Assembly: GCA_035531535.1 (NCBI GenBank)
Contig: DATKSV010000099.1
Location: 340-64,339 of the forward strand
DNA length: 64,000 nt
Direction: 5' to 3'
Source: Candidatus Nanopelagicaceae bacterium
GTDB lineage: Bacteria; Chloroflexota; Dormibacteria; Aeolococcales; Bog-877
Every line of letters starts with the position of its first letter. The stretch's first letter is position 1. A program made the position numbers and the translations under genes. Under the pieces are notes generated by a model. It worked only from the letters and a program-made list of their open reading frames with translations, was not told where the DNA came from and did no database searches. Shown here piece by piece: positions 37,350-46,799 of this stretch.

Positions 37350-39875
37350 GTGGGCGTGAAGGCGGTGGTGATGGCCGGAGGCGAGGGCAGTCGACTGCGC
37401 CCGCTCACCAGCCGACGACCCAAGCCGCTGGTGCCGGTGGTTGGGCGTCCCTGCCTGGAGCACGTTCTCCGGCTGCTGCGCCGCCACGGCATCACTGAGG
37501 TTGTGATCACCCTGCAGTATCTCGGGGCCAGCATCCGCAACTACTTCGGCGACGGCGCCGAGCTGGGAATGCATCTGGAGTACGCGGTCGAGGACCGCCC
37601 CCTGGGCACGGCCGGCAGCGTCAAGAACGCCGGTCCACTTCTGGACGGCACCTTCCTGGTGATCAGCGGCGACTCACTCACCGACATCGACCTCAGCCAG
37701 GCCCTGGCCTTCCACCGGGAGCGGAGCTCTCAGGCCACCATCGTGCTCTCCAAGGTGGGCAACCCGCTCGAGTACGGGGTGGTGGTGACTGGGGCCGATG
37801 GGCGCATCGAGCGCTTCTTGGAGAAGCCCAGTTGGGGGGAGGTCTTCAGCGACCAGGTGAACACCGGCATCTACGTGATCGAGCCGGAGGTGCTGGACTA
37901 CATTCCCGCCGACCAGTCGTGCGACTGGTCCCAGGACGTCTTCCCGGAGATGCTGCGGCGCCAGGACTCACTGTGGGCGGTCGTGGGGCGGGGCTACTGG
38001 TGCGACATAGGCAGCATCCAGAGCTACCTGCAGGCCAACTGGGACGCCCTGGAGGGCCGGGTCCAGTGCGAGATCGCGGGCCGTCGGGTGGGCGACTCCC
38101 AGTGGATCAGCGAGGGCGCCGAGGTGGCCGAGTCGGCCCATATCGAGGGCCCCGTGTTCATCGGCCGCGACGCGGTGGTGGGAGCGGAGGCGTTCCTGAA
38201 CGGGCCGGTGGTGCTCGACCGCTTCGCCGTGGTCAGCGGCGGGTCCAAGATCAGCAGCAGCGTCATCTGGCCACAGGCCTACCTCGGCGAGCGGTCCCGG
38301 CTGCGCCAGGCGGTGGTGTGCAGCGCCGCCACCATCAAGCCGGATGTGCTGTTGGACGACGGCAGCGTGATCGGTGACGACTGCATCATCGGGGCCGGCT
38401 CGGTCGTCGCGCAGGGGGTTCGGATCTGGCCCGGCAAGGACATCGAGCCGGGCTCGATGGTGCATGAGTCGGTGATCTGGGCAGGGACCTGGCGGTCGGC
38501 GCTGTTCGGCTCGGCTGGGCTGACCGGGCTGATCAACGTGCAGCTGACTCCGGAGTGGTGCGCTCGGTTGGGAGCCGCCTGGGCCGCCACCCATCCCCGA
38601 GGCGCCGAGCTGGCCATCTGCCGTGACCGCAGCCCGGGATCCCGGATGATCAAGCGGGCGATGATCTCAGGCATGCTCTCGGCGGGGGCGGCGGTGGTGG
38701 ACCTCAGCGAGCTGCCGGTGCCGGTGACCTGCCACTACACCCGGGACTCGGCAGCCGTGGGCTCGGTCCACATCGTGGCCTCCCCGCTCGACCCTCGCTC
38801 GGCCGACATCGAGGTCCTCGACGAGCAGGGTATGGCCCTGGACCGCCGGCAGGAGCGCAAGCTGGAGAACACCTTCTTCCGGGAGGACTTCCGGCGGGTG
38901 GTGCCGCGCGAGATCAGCGCCATCGCCTACCCCGAAGGGGTCCAGACCTCCTACGTGCGCGCGGTTTTGGCGAGGCTGGATCTGGATCGGGTCAGGGCCG
39001 CTCACCCGCGGGTCCTGATCGACTTCGGCTTCGGGAGCACCTCGATGGTGCTGCCCCAACTGCTCCACGAGGCCCAGATCCAGACCATTTCGCTGCGCTC
39101 CGGTTTCGAAGAGGAGGCCTTTGAGTCTCCGGTGCCGCGCGACCCGGACGAGGAGTTGCAGCAGGCGGCCAGCATCACCAAGACTGTCTCGGCCGCAGTC
39201 GGGGCCCGCATCGACCCGGCCGGCCAGCGCCTCTACCTGATCGACGATGAGGGCCAGGTCTTCGACCACCGGGACGCCATCTGCCTGCTGGCCATGATGT
39301 CCCTGCGCGCCCATCCGGGCAGCCCCGTGGTGGCACCGGTCTCCGCCCCCTGGATGCTGGAGCGGGTGGTCGCCGAGATGGAGGGCCGCCTGCTGCCGGC
39401 CAAGGCAGACATCGCCTCCGTGATCCGGCTGGCGGCTCGTAGCGGGGCCACCCTGGGAGCCGACGGCACCGGGGGCTTCGTGTGGCCCGCCCACCTGGCA
39501 GCCTACGACGCCATGTTCACGCTTCTGGCCGCCATCCAGCTCATGGTGGAGCTTGGCGAAGGGCTCTCTCAGCTGCGCCGCCAGCTGCCCGTCGGCTTTC
39601 ATCTGCAACGCGATGTCGCCTGTCCCTGGGAGGTCAAGGGCGAGGTGATGCGACTAATGGTGGAGGCTCACCGTCAGGACAGGGTGGACCTCACCGACGG
39701 GCTGAAGGTGAGGCGTGAGGACGGCTTCACGCTGGTCCTGCCCGATGCCGACGCCCCGTGCTACAAGGTGATCTCCTCCGGGGCCGACTCGGCCCTAGCC
39801 CAGCGATCCCTGGAGGACTTCGCCGCGGAGCTACAGGCCACCGTCCAGGGGAGTGTCGGACCCGCCGCGTCCTAG
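37350..39875 (+). CDS. Bifunctional sugar-1-phosphate nucleotidyltransferase / phosphomannomutase-phosphoglucomutase-like protein
   Basis: N-terminal [25 protein letters not shown], then a left-handed beta-helix region, then a ~450-aa PGM/PMM-like C-terminal half. Confidence 0.85.
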   Translation: MGVKAVVMAGGEGSRLRPLTSRRPKPLVPVVGRPCLEHVLRLLRRHGITEVVITLQYLGASIRNYFGDGAELGMHLEYAVEDRPLGTAGSVKNAGPLLDGTFLVISGDSLTDIDLSQALAFHRERSSQATIVLSKVGNPLEYGVVVTGADGRIERFLEKPSWGEVFSDQVNTGIYVIEPEVLDYIPADQSCDWSQDVFPEMLRRQDSLWAVVGRGYWCDIGSIQSYLQANWDALEGRVQCEIAGRRVGDSQWISEGAEVAESAHIEGPVFIGRDAVVGAEAFLNGPVVLDRFAVVSGGSKISSSVIWPQAYLGERSRLRQAVVCSAATIKPDVLLDDGSVIGDDCIIGAGSVVAQGVRIWPGKDIEPGSMVHESVIWAGTWRSALFGSAGLTGLINVQLTPEWCARLGAAWAATHPRGAELAICRDRSPGSRMIKRAMISGMLSAGAAVVDLSELPVPVTCHYTRDSAAVGSVHIVASPLDPRSADIEVLDEQGMALDRRQERKLENTFFREDFRRVVPREISAIAYPEGVQTSYVRAVLARLDLDRVRAAHPRVLIDFGFGSTSMVLPQLLHEAQIQTISLRSGFEEEAFESPVPRDPDEELQQAASITKTVSAAVGARIDPAGQRLYLIDDEGQVFDHRDAICLLAMMSLRAHPGSPVVAPVSAPWMLERVVAEMEGRLLPAKADIASVIRLAARSGATLGADGTGGFVWPAHLAAYDAMFTLLAAIQLMVELGEGLSQLRRQLPVGFHLQRDVACPWEVKGEVMRLMVEAHRQDRVDLTDGLKVRREDGFTLVLPDADAPCYKVISSGADSALAQRSLEDFAAELQATVQGSVGPAAS

Positions 39876-39884
39876 GCGCTGCGC

Positions 39885-40163
39885 TCAGTCGACGCCGAGA
39901 TCGTAGGCCGCCGAGATCTCCTCTTTGTTGTAGCGGCGCATCGCCAGGTGGGTGCTGGTGGCGATGATGCCGTCGAGCAGTGCGAGATGGTCCTGGACCA
40001 GGTCCGCCAGCCCCTCCAGGTCGGTGACCGCCACCTTTGCGATGAAGTCCACCTCTCCGGTTGTGGTGTAGACCTCGGTCACTCCAGGGCAGGCCGCCAG
40101 CTGGGGTCCGAGGGTGCCGAGGCTCTCCCTCTCGGCGTTGATGAGCAGGAACGCGGTGATCAT
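39885..40163 (-). CDS. Lrp/AsnC ligand-binding-domain protein (no HTH)
   Basis: MITAFLLINAERESL...CPGVTEVYTTTGEVDFIAKVAVTDLEGLADLV. Confidence 0.8.
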   Translation of the reverse strand: MITAFLLINAERESLGTLGPQLAACPGVTEVYTTTGEVDFIAKVAVTDLEGLADLVQDHLALLDGIIATSTHLAMRRYNKEEISAAYDLGVD

Positions 40164-40234
40164 GAAAGTGTCTCCTTGGAGGTCCGATGCTGGGGGCCGA
40201 CGCTACCACACGGTCGCGATATACTCCGCCCCAG

Positions 40235-40310
40235 GCGGGAGTAGCTCAGTTGGCAGAGCGTCTGCTTCCCAAGCAGAAGGTCGCCGGTTCGAACCCGGTC
40301 TCCCGCTCCA
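40235..40310 (+). tRNA. tRNA-Gly (anticodon CCC)
   Basis: Hand-folded cloverleaf: acceptor gcgggag/ctcccgc, D stem gctc/gagc, anticodon stem tctgc/gcaga with loop ttCCCaa, T arm gccgg-ttcgaac-ccggt, encoded CCA. Confidence 0.9.
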
Positions 40311-40323
40311 AAGCGAACTTTCG
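40255..40323 (+). repeat. attL: 69-bp direct repeat covering the 3' two-thirds of tRNA-Gly plus 13 nt
   Basis: Matches 48047-48115 at 68 of 69 positions. The only difference is c at 40296 versus a at 48088. Confidence 0.85.
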
Positions 40324-40483
40324 AGTTCAGTAACAGCATCTGCGGGTGCGGTTAGGGCAGCATAAAGCCGCCTGAAATAGATCCAAAACCTAACACGCGC
40401 GGACGCTGGTAAACGGGTGTTTTGTCAAAATCGCCACCATCCCCCAATTCAGGGAGCAGAAGCCACCCGGGAGTCGGGACGCG

Positions 40484-41426
40484 ATGCCAGCCACACTCAA
40501 GACGGCTATCCCAGGGGCCAGCTCGGTACCAGATCTGGTCAACGACTACCTGAGCTCCTGCCCGGCCCGAGGACTCTCGCTGCGAACCATGGAGAATGCC
40601 AGTGGGTTCGCTCTCAACAGGATTTTCTTCCCTGGTGCCGCAGGGAGGGAGTCGCCACCACCGACGACCTCTCTCAGTCCACACTGGATCGATTCACCAC
40701 TGACCTCCTGAGACGCCCGAGCGAGCGAGGCAGCCCCTCTCCAAGGCGAGAGTCCACAGTTACGCTCGCCCGGCGTGGCAGCTGCTGGCCTGGGGAGAGG
40801 CTCGCGGGGAGGCTGTCGGGGGCCGGCCACAGCTGCGAAAGCAGCCGAGACGAGAGAGGGAGGTGCTCAGCTGGGCTGAGATCAACCACCTCGAGGACAG
40901 CGCTCGGACCGAACGGGACAAGGTCATCGTCCGGCTCTTCGCCGACCGCGGCCTGCATCTGGCGGAGCTGGCTGGGCTTAGCGTGGAGGACATCAGGCGA
41001 GGCGGCAACCGGACCTACCTGCGGGTTCGGGGCAAGGGCGACCGCGAGCGGCTGGTGCCGATGCTTCCCGATCTGGCGCGGCGGGTGGAGCGCCTGAGCC
41101 GAAACCGGCCGGCCGACGCCGCCGGAGGTCGAATCTTCTACTCGAGCCGGCGGCTGCACGGCGACACCTACGAGCCCCTGACGGAGTCCGGGGTGGCCCA
41201 GATGGTGGGATTGCTGGGCAAACAGGCGCAACTGGGCAAGCCGGTCCACCCGCACCTGCTCCGGCACTCGTGGATCACGGAGATGCTGCGGCGGGGAATG
41301 AACCCGATTCAGCTGGCGGCGATAGCTGGCGCTTCGGAGAAGGTGATCGCTGATCACTACGCGCATCTCAGCCAGGACGATGCCTACGACGCCATGGCCA
41401 AGGCGCTGGAGATGCGCCCCCGTTAA
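40484..41426 (+). pseudogene. Tyrosine integrase, interrupted by two frameshifts
   Basis: N-terminal piece LVNDYLSSCPARGLSLRTMENASGFALNRIF (starting at 40484). Middle piece FLPWCRREGVATTDDLSQSTLDRFTTDLL (frame of ORF 40417). C-terminal piece SKARVHSYARPAWQLLAWGE...VLSWAEINHLE...RGKGDRERLVP...HLLRHSWITEMLRRG...IAGASEKVIADHYAHL (frame of ORF 40863). Frames switch near 40625 and 40738. Confidence 0.8.
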
Positions 41427-41532
41427 CTCACCGGGCCTGTGGCGGGGACGGGACCTTCAGGTTCACCCCACTTCCAAGTACGCAGAGGCGAATGATCGGG
41501 TCTCGACCCAACCTCTCGGCGCGCCGGCTCCG

Positions 41533-42144
41533 TCAGGTGCTCGGAGTTGGCGCCACCGACTCCAAGGCGCTGGTGCTCATTACTCGACGCGTGTTGGCGT
41601 TGATGATGGCCGATGCGACCACCGAATTCCAGCCTGCCTGGGGCGGGGCGGCCAGCGTCACGATCCACAGGTTCTGTGGACTAGTTGAGGAGTAGGAGGA
41701 CTGGGTGTCGATGCGTACCGACTTGGCTCCCGCCACATAGAACCCGCCCGTGATCCTCAAGTGCTCGATACGCACTCTCCGGGTGGACTTTGTCCCGTTC
41801 ACCCCACCCGTCCAAGGCGCGGCGAGTGCGGCCCTGGTGACCCACCCCGGCACGAATTGGCTCGCGAGTCGGCCCTGGGTCGCGGACGCAACCTGGATCC
41901 GCCCCAGCCCGGGCGCGACGACTGAACTGTAGGTCAGCTGGGCAGGCTGCAGCCAGACCGCGAGTCCCAACGCGACTACGACCACAGCGGCAGTCAGTCC
42001 CGTGGGAACCAAGCCGAATCTGGCGCGGTTGCCCACACGTCTGTCGCCCAGACTCCAACTGGTAGTGGTTCGGCGCGCGGAACTCTCCATACGCTGGTCG
42101 AGGAACGACCGCAGTCGTCTCTCAAACTCGGGGTCGGTACTCAT
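41533..42144 (-). CDS. Single-pass membrane protein, putative anti-sigma factor
   Basis: Start MSTDPEFERRLRSFLDQ overlaps the sigma-factor stop (ATGA). TM segment GLTAAVVVVALGLAVWL, then an extracytoplasmic domain. Confidence 0.5.
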   Translation of the reverse strand: MSTDPEFERRLRSFLDQRMESSARRTTTSWSLGDRRVGNRARFGLVPTGLTAAVVVVALGLAVWLQPAQLTYSSVVAPGLGRIQVASATQGRLASQFVPGWVTRAALAAPWTGGVNGTKSTRRVRIEHLRITGGFYVAGAKSVRIDTQSSYSSTSPQNLWIVTLAAPPQAGWNSVVASAIINANTRRVMSTSALESVAPTPST

Positions 42145-42659
42145 GACGACAGACTCCTCCTGATCGTGGTCAGTGCGCGTGCCAGATGGCTCCGAGCGGT
42201 GCCGGGTCGGCATCCCAGCAACCCGGCACATTCGTCGAGGGTGTATCCGTGGAAGAAGTGCAATACCAAGACCGCTCTCTGCCGAGGCGTGCAACGCCCG
42301 AAGCCGACACCTATGTCCGCATCTCCGGGCAGGTCGGCCAGGGCAACCGGGTCGGCCTCGACCAAGCGGTGCCAGAGGTCAGTCCGGCGGAGGCGGGTTC
42401 GTCTCCAACTGAGGGCTCTGCGCACACAGATCTGGAGCAACCACTGCTCTCGTTTGGCCGGGTCGCGACATGAGCTCCACTTCCGCCAGGCCATCTCGAG
42501 ACTCTCTTGGGCCACATCCTCGGCGGCCGCGTGATCGTCCAAGATGACGGCGGCCGTGGCGACCAACTTCGACCAGCTGGTCGAGGCCAAGCCCTCAAAC
42601 GAGGTGTTCCGGTCCGCCTCCAAGCCCGGGACCGCTGGCAGCGACTCGTCCATGTTCAT
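42141..42659 (-). CDS. ECF-type RNA polymerase sigma factor
   Basis: Region 2 DDHAAAEDVAQESLEMAWRKW. Region 4 QRAVLVLHFFHGYTLDECAGLLGCRPGTARSHLARAL. Start at ATG 42659 (MNMDESL). Confidence 0.85.
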   Translation of the reverse strand: MNMDESLPAVPGLEADRNTSFEGLASTSWSKLVATAAVILDDHAAAEDVAQESLEMAWRKWSSCRDPAKREQWLLQICVRRALSWRRTRLRRTDLWHRLVEADPVALADLPGDADIGVGFGRCTPRQRAVLVLHFFHGYTLDECAGLLGCRPGTARSHLARALTTIRRSLSS

Positions 42660-42892
42660 ATGACGCTGGTAACTATCCGTTGGTTTACGCGGCGGCGCCG
42701 CAGCCCTTCTTGAGGATCCTCGGCTCGAGGCAACAAACCCAGCGCGGCCACCCACGTCGGCTGGCTGCGGGATACTGGTTGGTGGTTGCATTGACGGCAG
42801 CCGGTGGCCGATCGTCGGCTTTGGGGCTGGGCTAATCGGGTCGGCACTGGCCGGCGAACGCACCTCGGAGCCAGGCGAAACGGTGGGTCAGA

Positions 42893-43660
42893 TCAGAGAG
42901 CCCCAGTGGGTTTCGGCCCGGGCCAGGACAGGCGCGTCAGGTCCGCCGCATAGGAAGTCTCCAACAACTCCAGTGAGGTCTCCGAGCGGTAGCCGGCGTC
43001 CAGGCCAGCCAGCACTCCGAGGTGTCGGGGGACAGCCGCCCCGACTTCAGCGAGCCACCTCCGAGCGCCGTCCTTGTCCGCTCCGTCTCTGACCACAGCG
43101 AAGAGGACAAACTGTGGCGGCGCCGACTGGTCGTCAAACTGCATGAGGACGTCGTGCAGTTCGGCGGTGAGATGGCGCTGCGAGGGCCGTTGGGCCCGCT
43201 TGGCAATATCCCTCGCAAGATCGACCAGATGGACCGGCACGGCTGGCCGGTCATAGCGATAGCCGAGCCAGGTCTTCAGTGCGAAGGTGCGGTCACTGCT
43301 GAGAACGCCAGGCTGAAGCATCCCGTCGGTGAGGGTGACCAGGGCGGCAGGGGGTAGGTGGATCGGTGGCTCATCACCCAAGACGCACTCGGTCTCATTC
43401 AGCCGGAGGATTCGGGACCGGATACCCCATTCGGCGGACGGATCGGGGACGGGATGCCTTGCCCTCAGTTCGACCAGCGGTTCGGTGAGAGTGGTTTCCC
43501 AAAAGGCGAGATCGCAATCCTGAGTCACCAAGACCCAAGCCGGGTGCGACCCAACCCGGGGCGTGAGCTGGCCATCTTCGCCCGTAGCGAGGCCGCCGAC
43601 CGGCAGCTCGGCATAAACGAGACTCCCCTGGCGCCAGCCGTGTGCGTAGAGACTGGCCAC
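42893..43660 (-). CDS. Hypothetical 255-aa protein, third gene of the island operon; carries a Pol-beta-nucleotidyltransferase-like GS..DxD string
   Basis: ATG start 1 nt after the upstream stop. VGSHPAWVLVTQDCDL fits hG[GS]x9-13Dh[DE]h. No RES, PIN, HEPN or other toxin motif was recognised by eye. Confidence 0.6.
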   Translation of the reverse strand: MASLYAHGWRQGSLVYAELPVGGLATGEDGQLTPRVGSHPAWVLVTQDCDLAFWETTLTEPLVELRARHPVPDPSAEWGIRSRILRLNETECVLGDEPPIHLPPAALVTLTDGMLQPGVLSSDRTFALKTWLGYRYDRPAVPVHLVDLARDIAKRAQRPSQRHLTAELHDVLMQFDDQSAPPQFVLFAVVRDGADKDGARRWLAEVGAAVPRHLGVLAGLDAGYRSETSLELLETSYAADLTRLSWPGPKPTGAL

Positions 43661-43661
43661 G

Positions 43662-44237
43662 TCACTCTTCGTGGAGTGGCACCCACGCTTCGCCTGCGCG
43701 GCGTGGGAAGCGCCCCCGCATCATCCCGCCCGTCCGGGGCGGCGCGAGCACATCGAGCGCCGCGAGGTAGCTGCCTGGCACATCATCTGCCTCCAGCATC
43801 TCAAGCGCCGATGGTCGGTTGCCAACTGGGGGCTCGCTCAGCACGCGCGTCAGCTCGATGCGGTCCCCGCCGACGACAGTCCATAAACGGCTCACCAACA
43901 TGTGGAGAACCATGATGCGGTGGACAAGGCCAGGTACGCGAACGAGCTGTGAGCGCCCCCGAAGGATCGCATCCACGGTCGGATGGCTGGTGCCAATCGC
44001 CTGGGCGAGCGTTCGTGACGACCAGCCTGTCCACTCCTTGACCTGACGAAGCTGCTCTTGAGTCCGTGGCACTCTGGACGGCTCGCTTGCGGGGACGTGC
44101 CAGAGTGCTGTGAGATCGCGCAAGGGGGACGACAGCTTCTCTCCCCGAGTGAGGTTCCACTCATCGACTAGAGTCGTCCCCCAAGGCTCGGCAATGTCCA
44201 GCGAGCCGGGCGCGGTCGCTGGGTTCATGACCGTCAC
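43662..44237 (-). CDS. HTH protein with C-terminal Xre/MbcA/ParS (DUF2384)-like domain, antitoxin-type
   Basis: HTH WSSRTLAQAIGTSHPTVDAILRGRS. C-terminal ...RVLSEPPVGNRPSALEMLEADDVPGSYLAALDVL resembles the toxin-binding domain pattern (P..L.g.sPlelL....G...v...L). Has a 4-nt overlap with the upstream gene. Confidence 0.55.
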   Translation of the reverse strand: MTVMNPATAPGSLDIAEPWGTTLVDEWNLTRGEKLSSPLRDLTALWHVPASEPSRVPRTQEQLRQVKEWTGWSSRTLAQAIGTSHPTVDAILRGRSQLVRVPGLVHRIMVLHMLVSRLWTVVGGDRIELTRVLSEPPVGNRPSALEMLEADDVPGSYLAALDVLAPPRTGGMMRGRFPRRAGEAWVPLHEE

Positions 44238-45085
44238 GAGACTTCCTCGAAGCCGAAGTGATCTTCACCTTGGGGAGTGAGCGACCAACGGAAGAACGCG
44301 TCGATCTCGCGGTGGAGGGCCTCAAATTGCCGGCGCAGGGCACCAGCGTCGAAGGCCTGAGGCGCCTCGACTGAGAGGTCGAGGCCAAGGATGTAGCTCG
44401 CGGCGGTCGTCGTTATCGGAGGGATGCCGGGGATCCCGGATCCGCCCGGTACAAGCCCGTGCTGAACCGCACAGCGGATGTCGGGGGTAAGACCGGAGAA
44501 CGGCCCTTCCGCAGCAGCTCGAAGTTGGATCTGGCTCAAGGCGACCTCAGGGACAGTCTGGTCATCAAGCAAGTTGCTGGCTACCCAGCCAGTCAGCTCG
44601 GGGCGGAACCACTCCCGCCAGCTTGTCTCCCCGCCGGGCGGGGTCTCGGCCACCGACAGATATCGAACGCCGAGACGATCGCATCGGGGGACGCCTGCCT
44701 CCTCGCCAAGCACCGAGAGGATCTGCTCAAGGCGCTCGGCGAAGTCGTCGACGCCCTCGTAAGCTGAGCCGACGGTCAGGGTGGCGCTTCCGGTGCTGAT
44801 CACCGCCATCCGTCCACCGTCATCGGTCAGCTCCCAGGCCAGTCCGCCGACCACCCCCGGCGTCGGTCCTGTCGGTCCCGGCGTGATTTGCAGGGCGACC
44901 TCTTGGCGCTGGGCCATGTAGGGATAGCGATCCCGAAGCCGCTCCTGGATCGGAGCGATGCCTTCCGCTGACTGGATCCGGGCGATGAGTGGGAAACGGA
45001 CCTGAACGAGCGCTTGCGCCAACGGGGCGCGCGTGAGGCGGTAGCGCGTCGGAGCTTGCAGCCGGAACACCTTCAATCCTCCCAA
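44234..45085 (-). CDS. TIGR04255-like conserved hypothetical protein, first gene of the island operon
   Basis: N-terminus ...YRLTRAPLAQALVQVRFPLIARIQSAEGIAPIQERLRDRYP resembles the '..nPLvEvv.elRF...' opening I associate with the TIGR04255 family. 283 aa. Confidence 0.5.
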   Translation of the reverse strand: MGGLKVFRLQAPTRYRLTRAPLAQALVQVRFPLIARIQSAEGIAPIQERLRDRYPYMAQRQEVALQITPGPTGPTPGVVGGLAWELTDDGGRMAVISTGSATLTVGSAYEGVDDFAERLEQILSVLGEEAGVPRCDRLGVRYLSVAETPPGGETSWREWFRPELTGWVASNLLDDQTVPEVALSQIQLRAAAEGPFSGLTPDIRCAVQHGLVPGGSGIPGIPPITTTAASYILGLDLSVEAPQAFDAGALRRQFEALHREIDAFFRWSLTPQGEDHFGFEEVS

Positions 45086-45328
45086 TCGCAGCTGCTTTCC
45101 ATGTGCTTACCACTCTAGCGACCCGAGGTCTCAGGCGGTGGGCGGCGCAGAGGAACGCGACGGTCGGCGATATAGAGGACCTGGCCGGGGATGGACGACA
45201 GCGCTGCCACTCGCCCTCTGGCCGACATCCCGGGGCCTGATTGGACTAGGCGGAGACACGGGCAATGGGAAGGTCGGCGCTCTGTGTAGGGCGGGAACTC
45301 AGCTGCCATCGCCAGCTGGTCTGGGAAC

Positions 45329-45802
45329 TTGGCGGCGATGGACGAGGTGGCCGAACTGACGGTCCGCGACCTTGGCGACGACCGGGCCGCCCGTGCCGCC
45401 CAACAGGCGGCCACAGGGCGGCTCCGTGAGATCGCCAGGCTCGGGAGATCGGTGGACATCCACCTCGTCTGCTGCACCCAGAGACCGGATGCCGAGGCGG
45501 TGCCGGGGCAGCTGAAGGCCAACCTCGGCGGCACGGTCGCCTTCCGGGTCAGAGCCGCCGTGAGCAGCTTCATCCTGCTCGACTGCGACAGGGCCTCGCT
45601 GCTACCGCCGCACCCGGGCCGGTCAGTCTTCGCCCTTGAGACCGTGGAGGAGTTCCAGGCGGTCGGCTGCTCGATCGATGAGAGCCGGGAGCTGCTGCTG
45701 GCCAGGTGGGGTTCCGGGAGAGTCTCACCCACCACTGGCCCTGTATCACAGTGGTGGCAAAGTACGTGCCCGACTTCAGACGAGCTCTCGGATCCATCGT
45801 GA
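45329..45802 (+). pseudogene. FtsK/SpoIIIE-family DNA translocase, C-terminal fragment only
   Basis: Walker-B-like AAMDEVAELTV, then GRSVDIHLVCCTQRPDAEAVPGQLKANLGGTVAFRVRAAVSSFILLD. No Walker A region. The frame is closed by a TAG ~40 nt upstream. Confidence 0.6.
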
Positions 45803-46353
45803 TGAGAGCGCTCAGGATTCTGAGCGCTGGGGTGGATACGCTCCACTGCTCCGTCCCGGGGGAGCTTCAGGACGGGCTGTTGGCCTTCCTAGAGGCGCTC
45901 AAGCAGGAGTCTCAGCGTACCAACGAGCTTCAGGTGGTCACCTGGGCGGAGCAGTCCCTCTCGGTAGCCCTGCGGCCCCACTGCTGGCGAAGCTATCCGT
46001 TCTGGGCCAGCTCCCCCAACATAGAGGTGGTGATCGGGGCCGCCCCTCCTTTCCCGCCGGTATTCATCCAGGCTCACTCCGCCTATCTGCACTCCAGAGG
46101 AGCGGACCAGGCGGTGGCCGAGATATCCCAGTGGCTGGACGCCAACGTGATGCGCGATGAGCCGGTCTTCGGAATCTCCCGTCGTGACCTTTACTGCGAC
46201 CTCCAGGGCTGGTCGCCAGTCATCGAAGACTTCGACCGCTTCCACTGCCGGGGGGCCGCCGACTCCGATGAGGCGGTGGTTCCGTTCGACATTCACGTGG
46301 ACGGTCAGCGTGTTCACCTGGTGGCCCGTGCGCCCCTCGTTGTTGTTGTCTGA
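45802..46353 (+). pseudogene. Possible replication-initiator (Rep_trans-like) fragment
   Basis: MRALRILSAGVDTLHCSV... and ...FGISRRDLYCDLQGW resemble Rep_trans motifs (iDwl.fT; RiDla.D). The ATG overlaps the FtsK-fragment stop (TGATG). It ends prematurely at 184 codons. Weak assignment. Confidence 0.35.
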
Positions 46354-46519
46354 AGCCCGGAAGTAGATTCCTTGCGTCTGGCGCCGGCACCGGCATGCCG
46401 TATGGGTGGCCAATGCCACACCTATACATCGTGGCGGCACGAGAGCATACCGGTCCGCGAGTCGAGCCGCAGCGCTCCGTTCGCCTCTATGCGCTCGCTT
46501 GCGGTCTCGCCCATCCAGA

Positions 46520-46795
46520 TCACCGGTCGTAGTGCTTCGACACAGTCAGCATCCGCTTACGTCCTGCCTCCAACCGCTCGAAACTGAGGCGAAGAGACCC
46601 GGTGGCAGAAGCCGACCATGACCCGTCTCGGTCGCCAGTCAGTTTGTGGATGCGCAGGGATGGATGGCGCTCGTTCTCGTCAAGCAAGCGAAGAGCCTTC
46701 AGGAGGGCGGCTCGGTCGGTGGCCGTAAAGTCTCTGGCGGCGAAGGGCTCCAAGAAGGTCGCCGTGAAGTCGAGGGAGCGATAACTGTCCGCCAC
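46520..46795 (-). CDS. RelE/ParE-superfamily toxin-like protein
   Basis: 91 aa, LRIHKLTGDRDGSWSASATGSLRLSFE. Lies directly downstream of an AbrB-type antitoxin gene. Confidence 0.6.
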   Translation of the reverse strand: MADSYRSLDFTATFLEPFAARDFTATDRAALLKALRLLDENERHPSLRIHKLTGDRDGSWSASATGSLRLSFERLEAGRKRMLTVSKHYDR

Positions 46796-46799
46796 CGGG

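Noticed and set aside
36393-39608. ORFs 36393-37574(-), 37968-38594(-) and 38667-39608(-).
   Set aside because: They are antisense to the anchored secreted protein gene and to the nucleotidyltransferase/PMM fusion gene. No motifs are present.
42893-43660. A RES-domain toxin partner for the DUF2384-like protein.
   Set aside because: I could not find the RES-type pattern (an early GRW/F-N-like Arg motif followed by conserved Glu and Ser). The protein is also larger than typical RES toxins. It is left as unknown, with an NTase-like signature flagged instead.
45115-45846. A 243-aa minus-strand ORF in the island.
   Set aside because: It is antisense to the FtsK-like fragment, which has recognisable Walker-B/RecA-fold strings. 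The minus-strand translation is Ser/Pro/Arg-rich with no motif.
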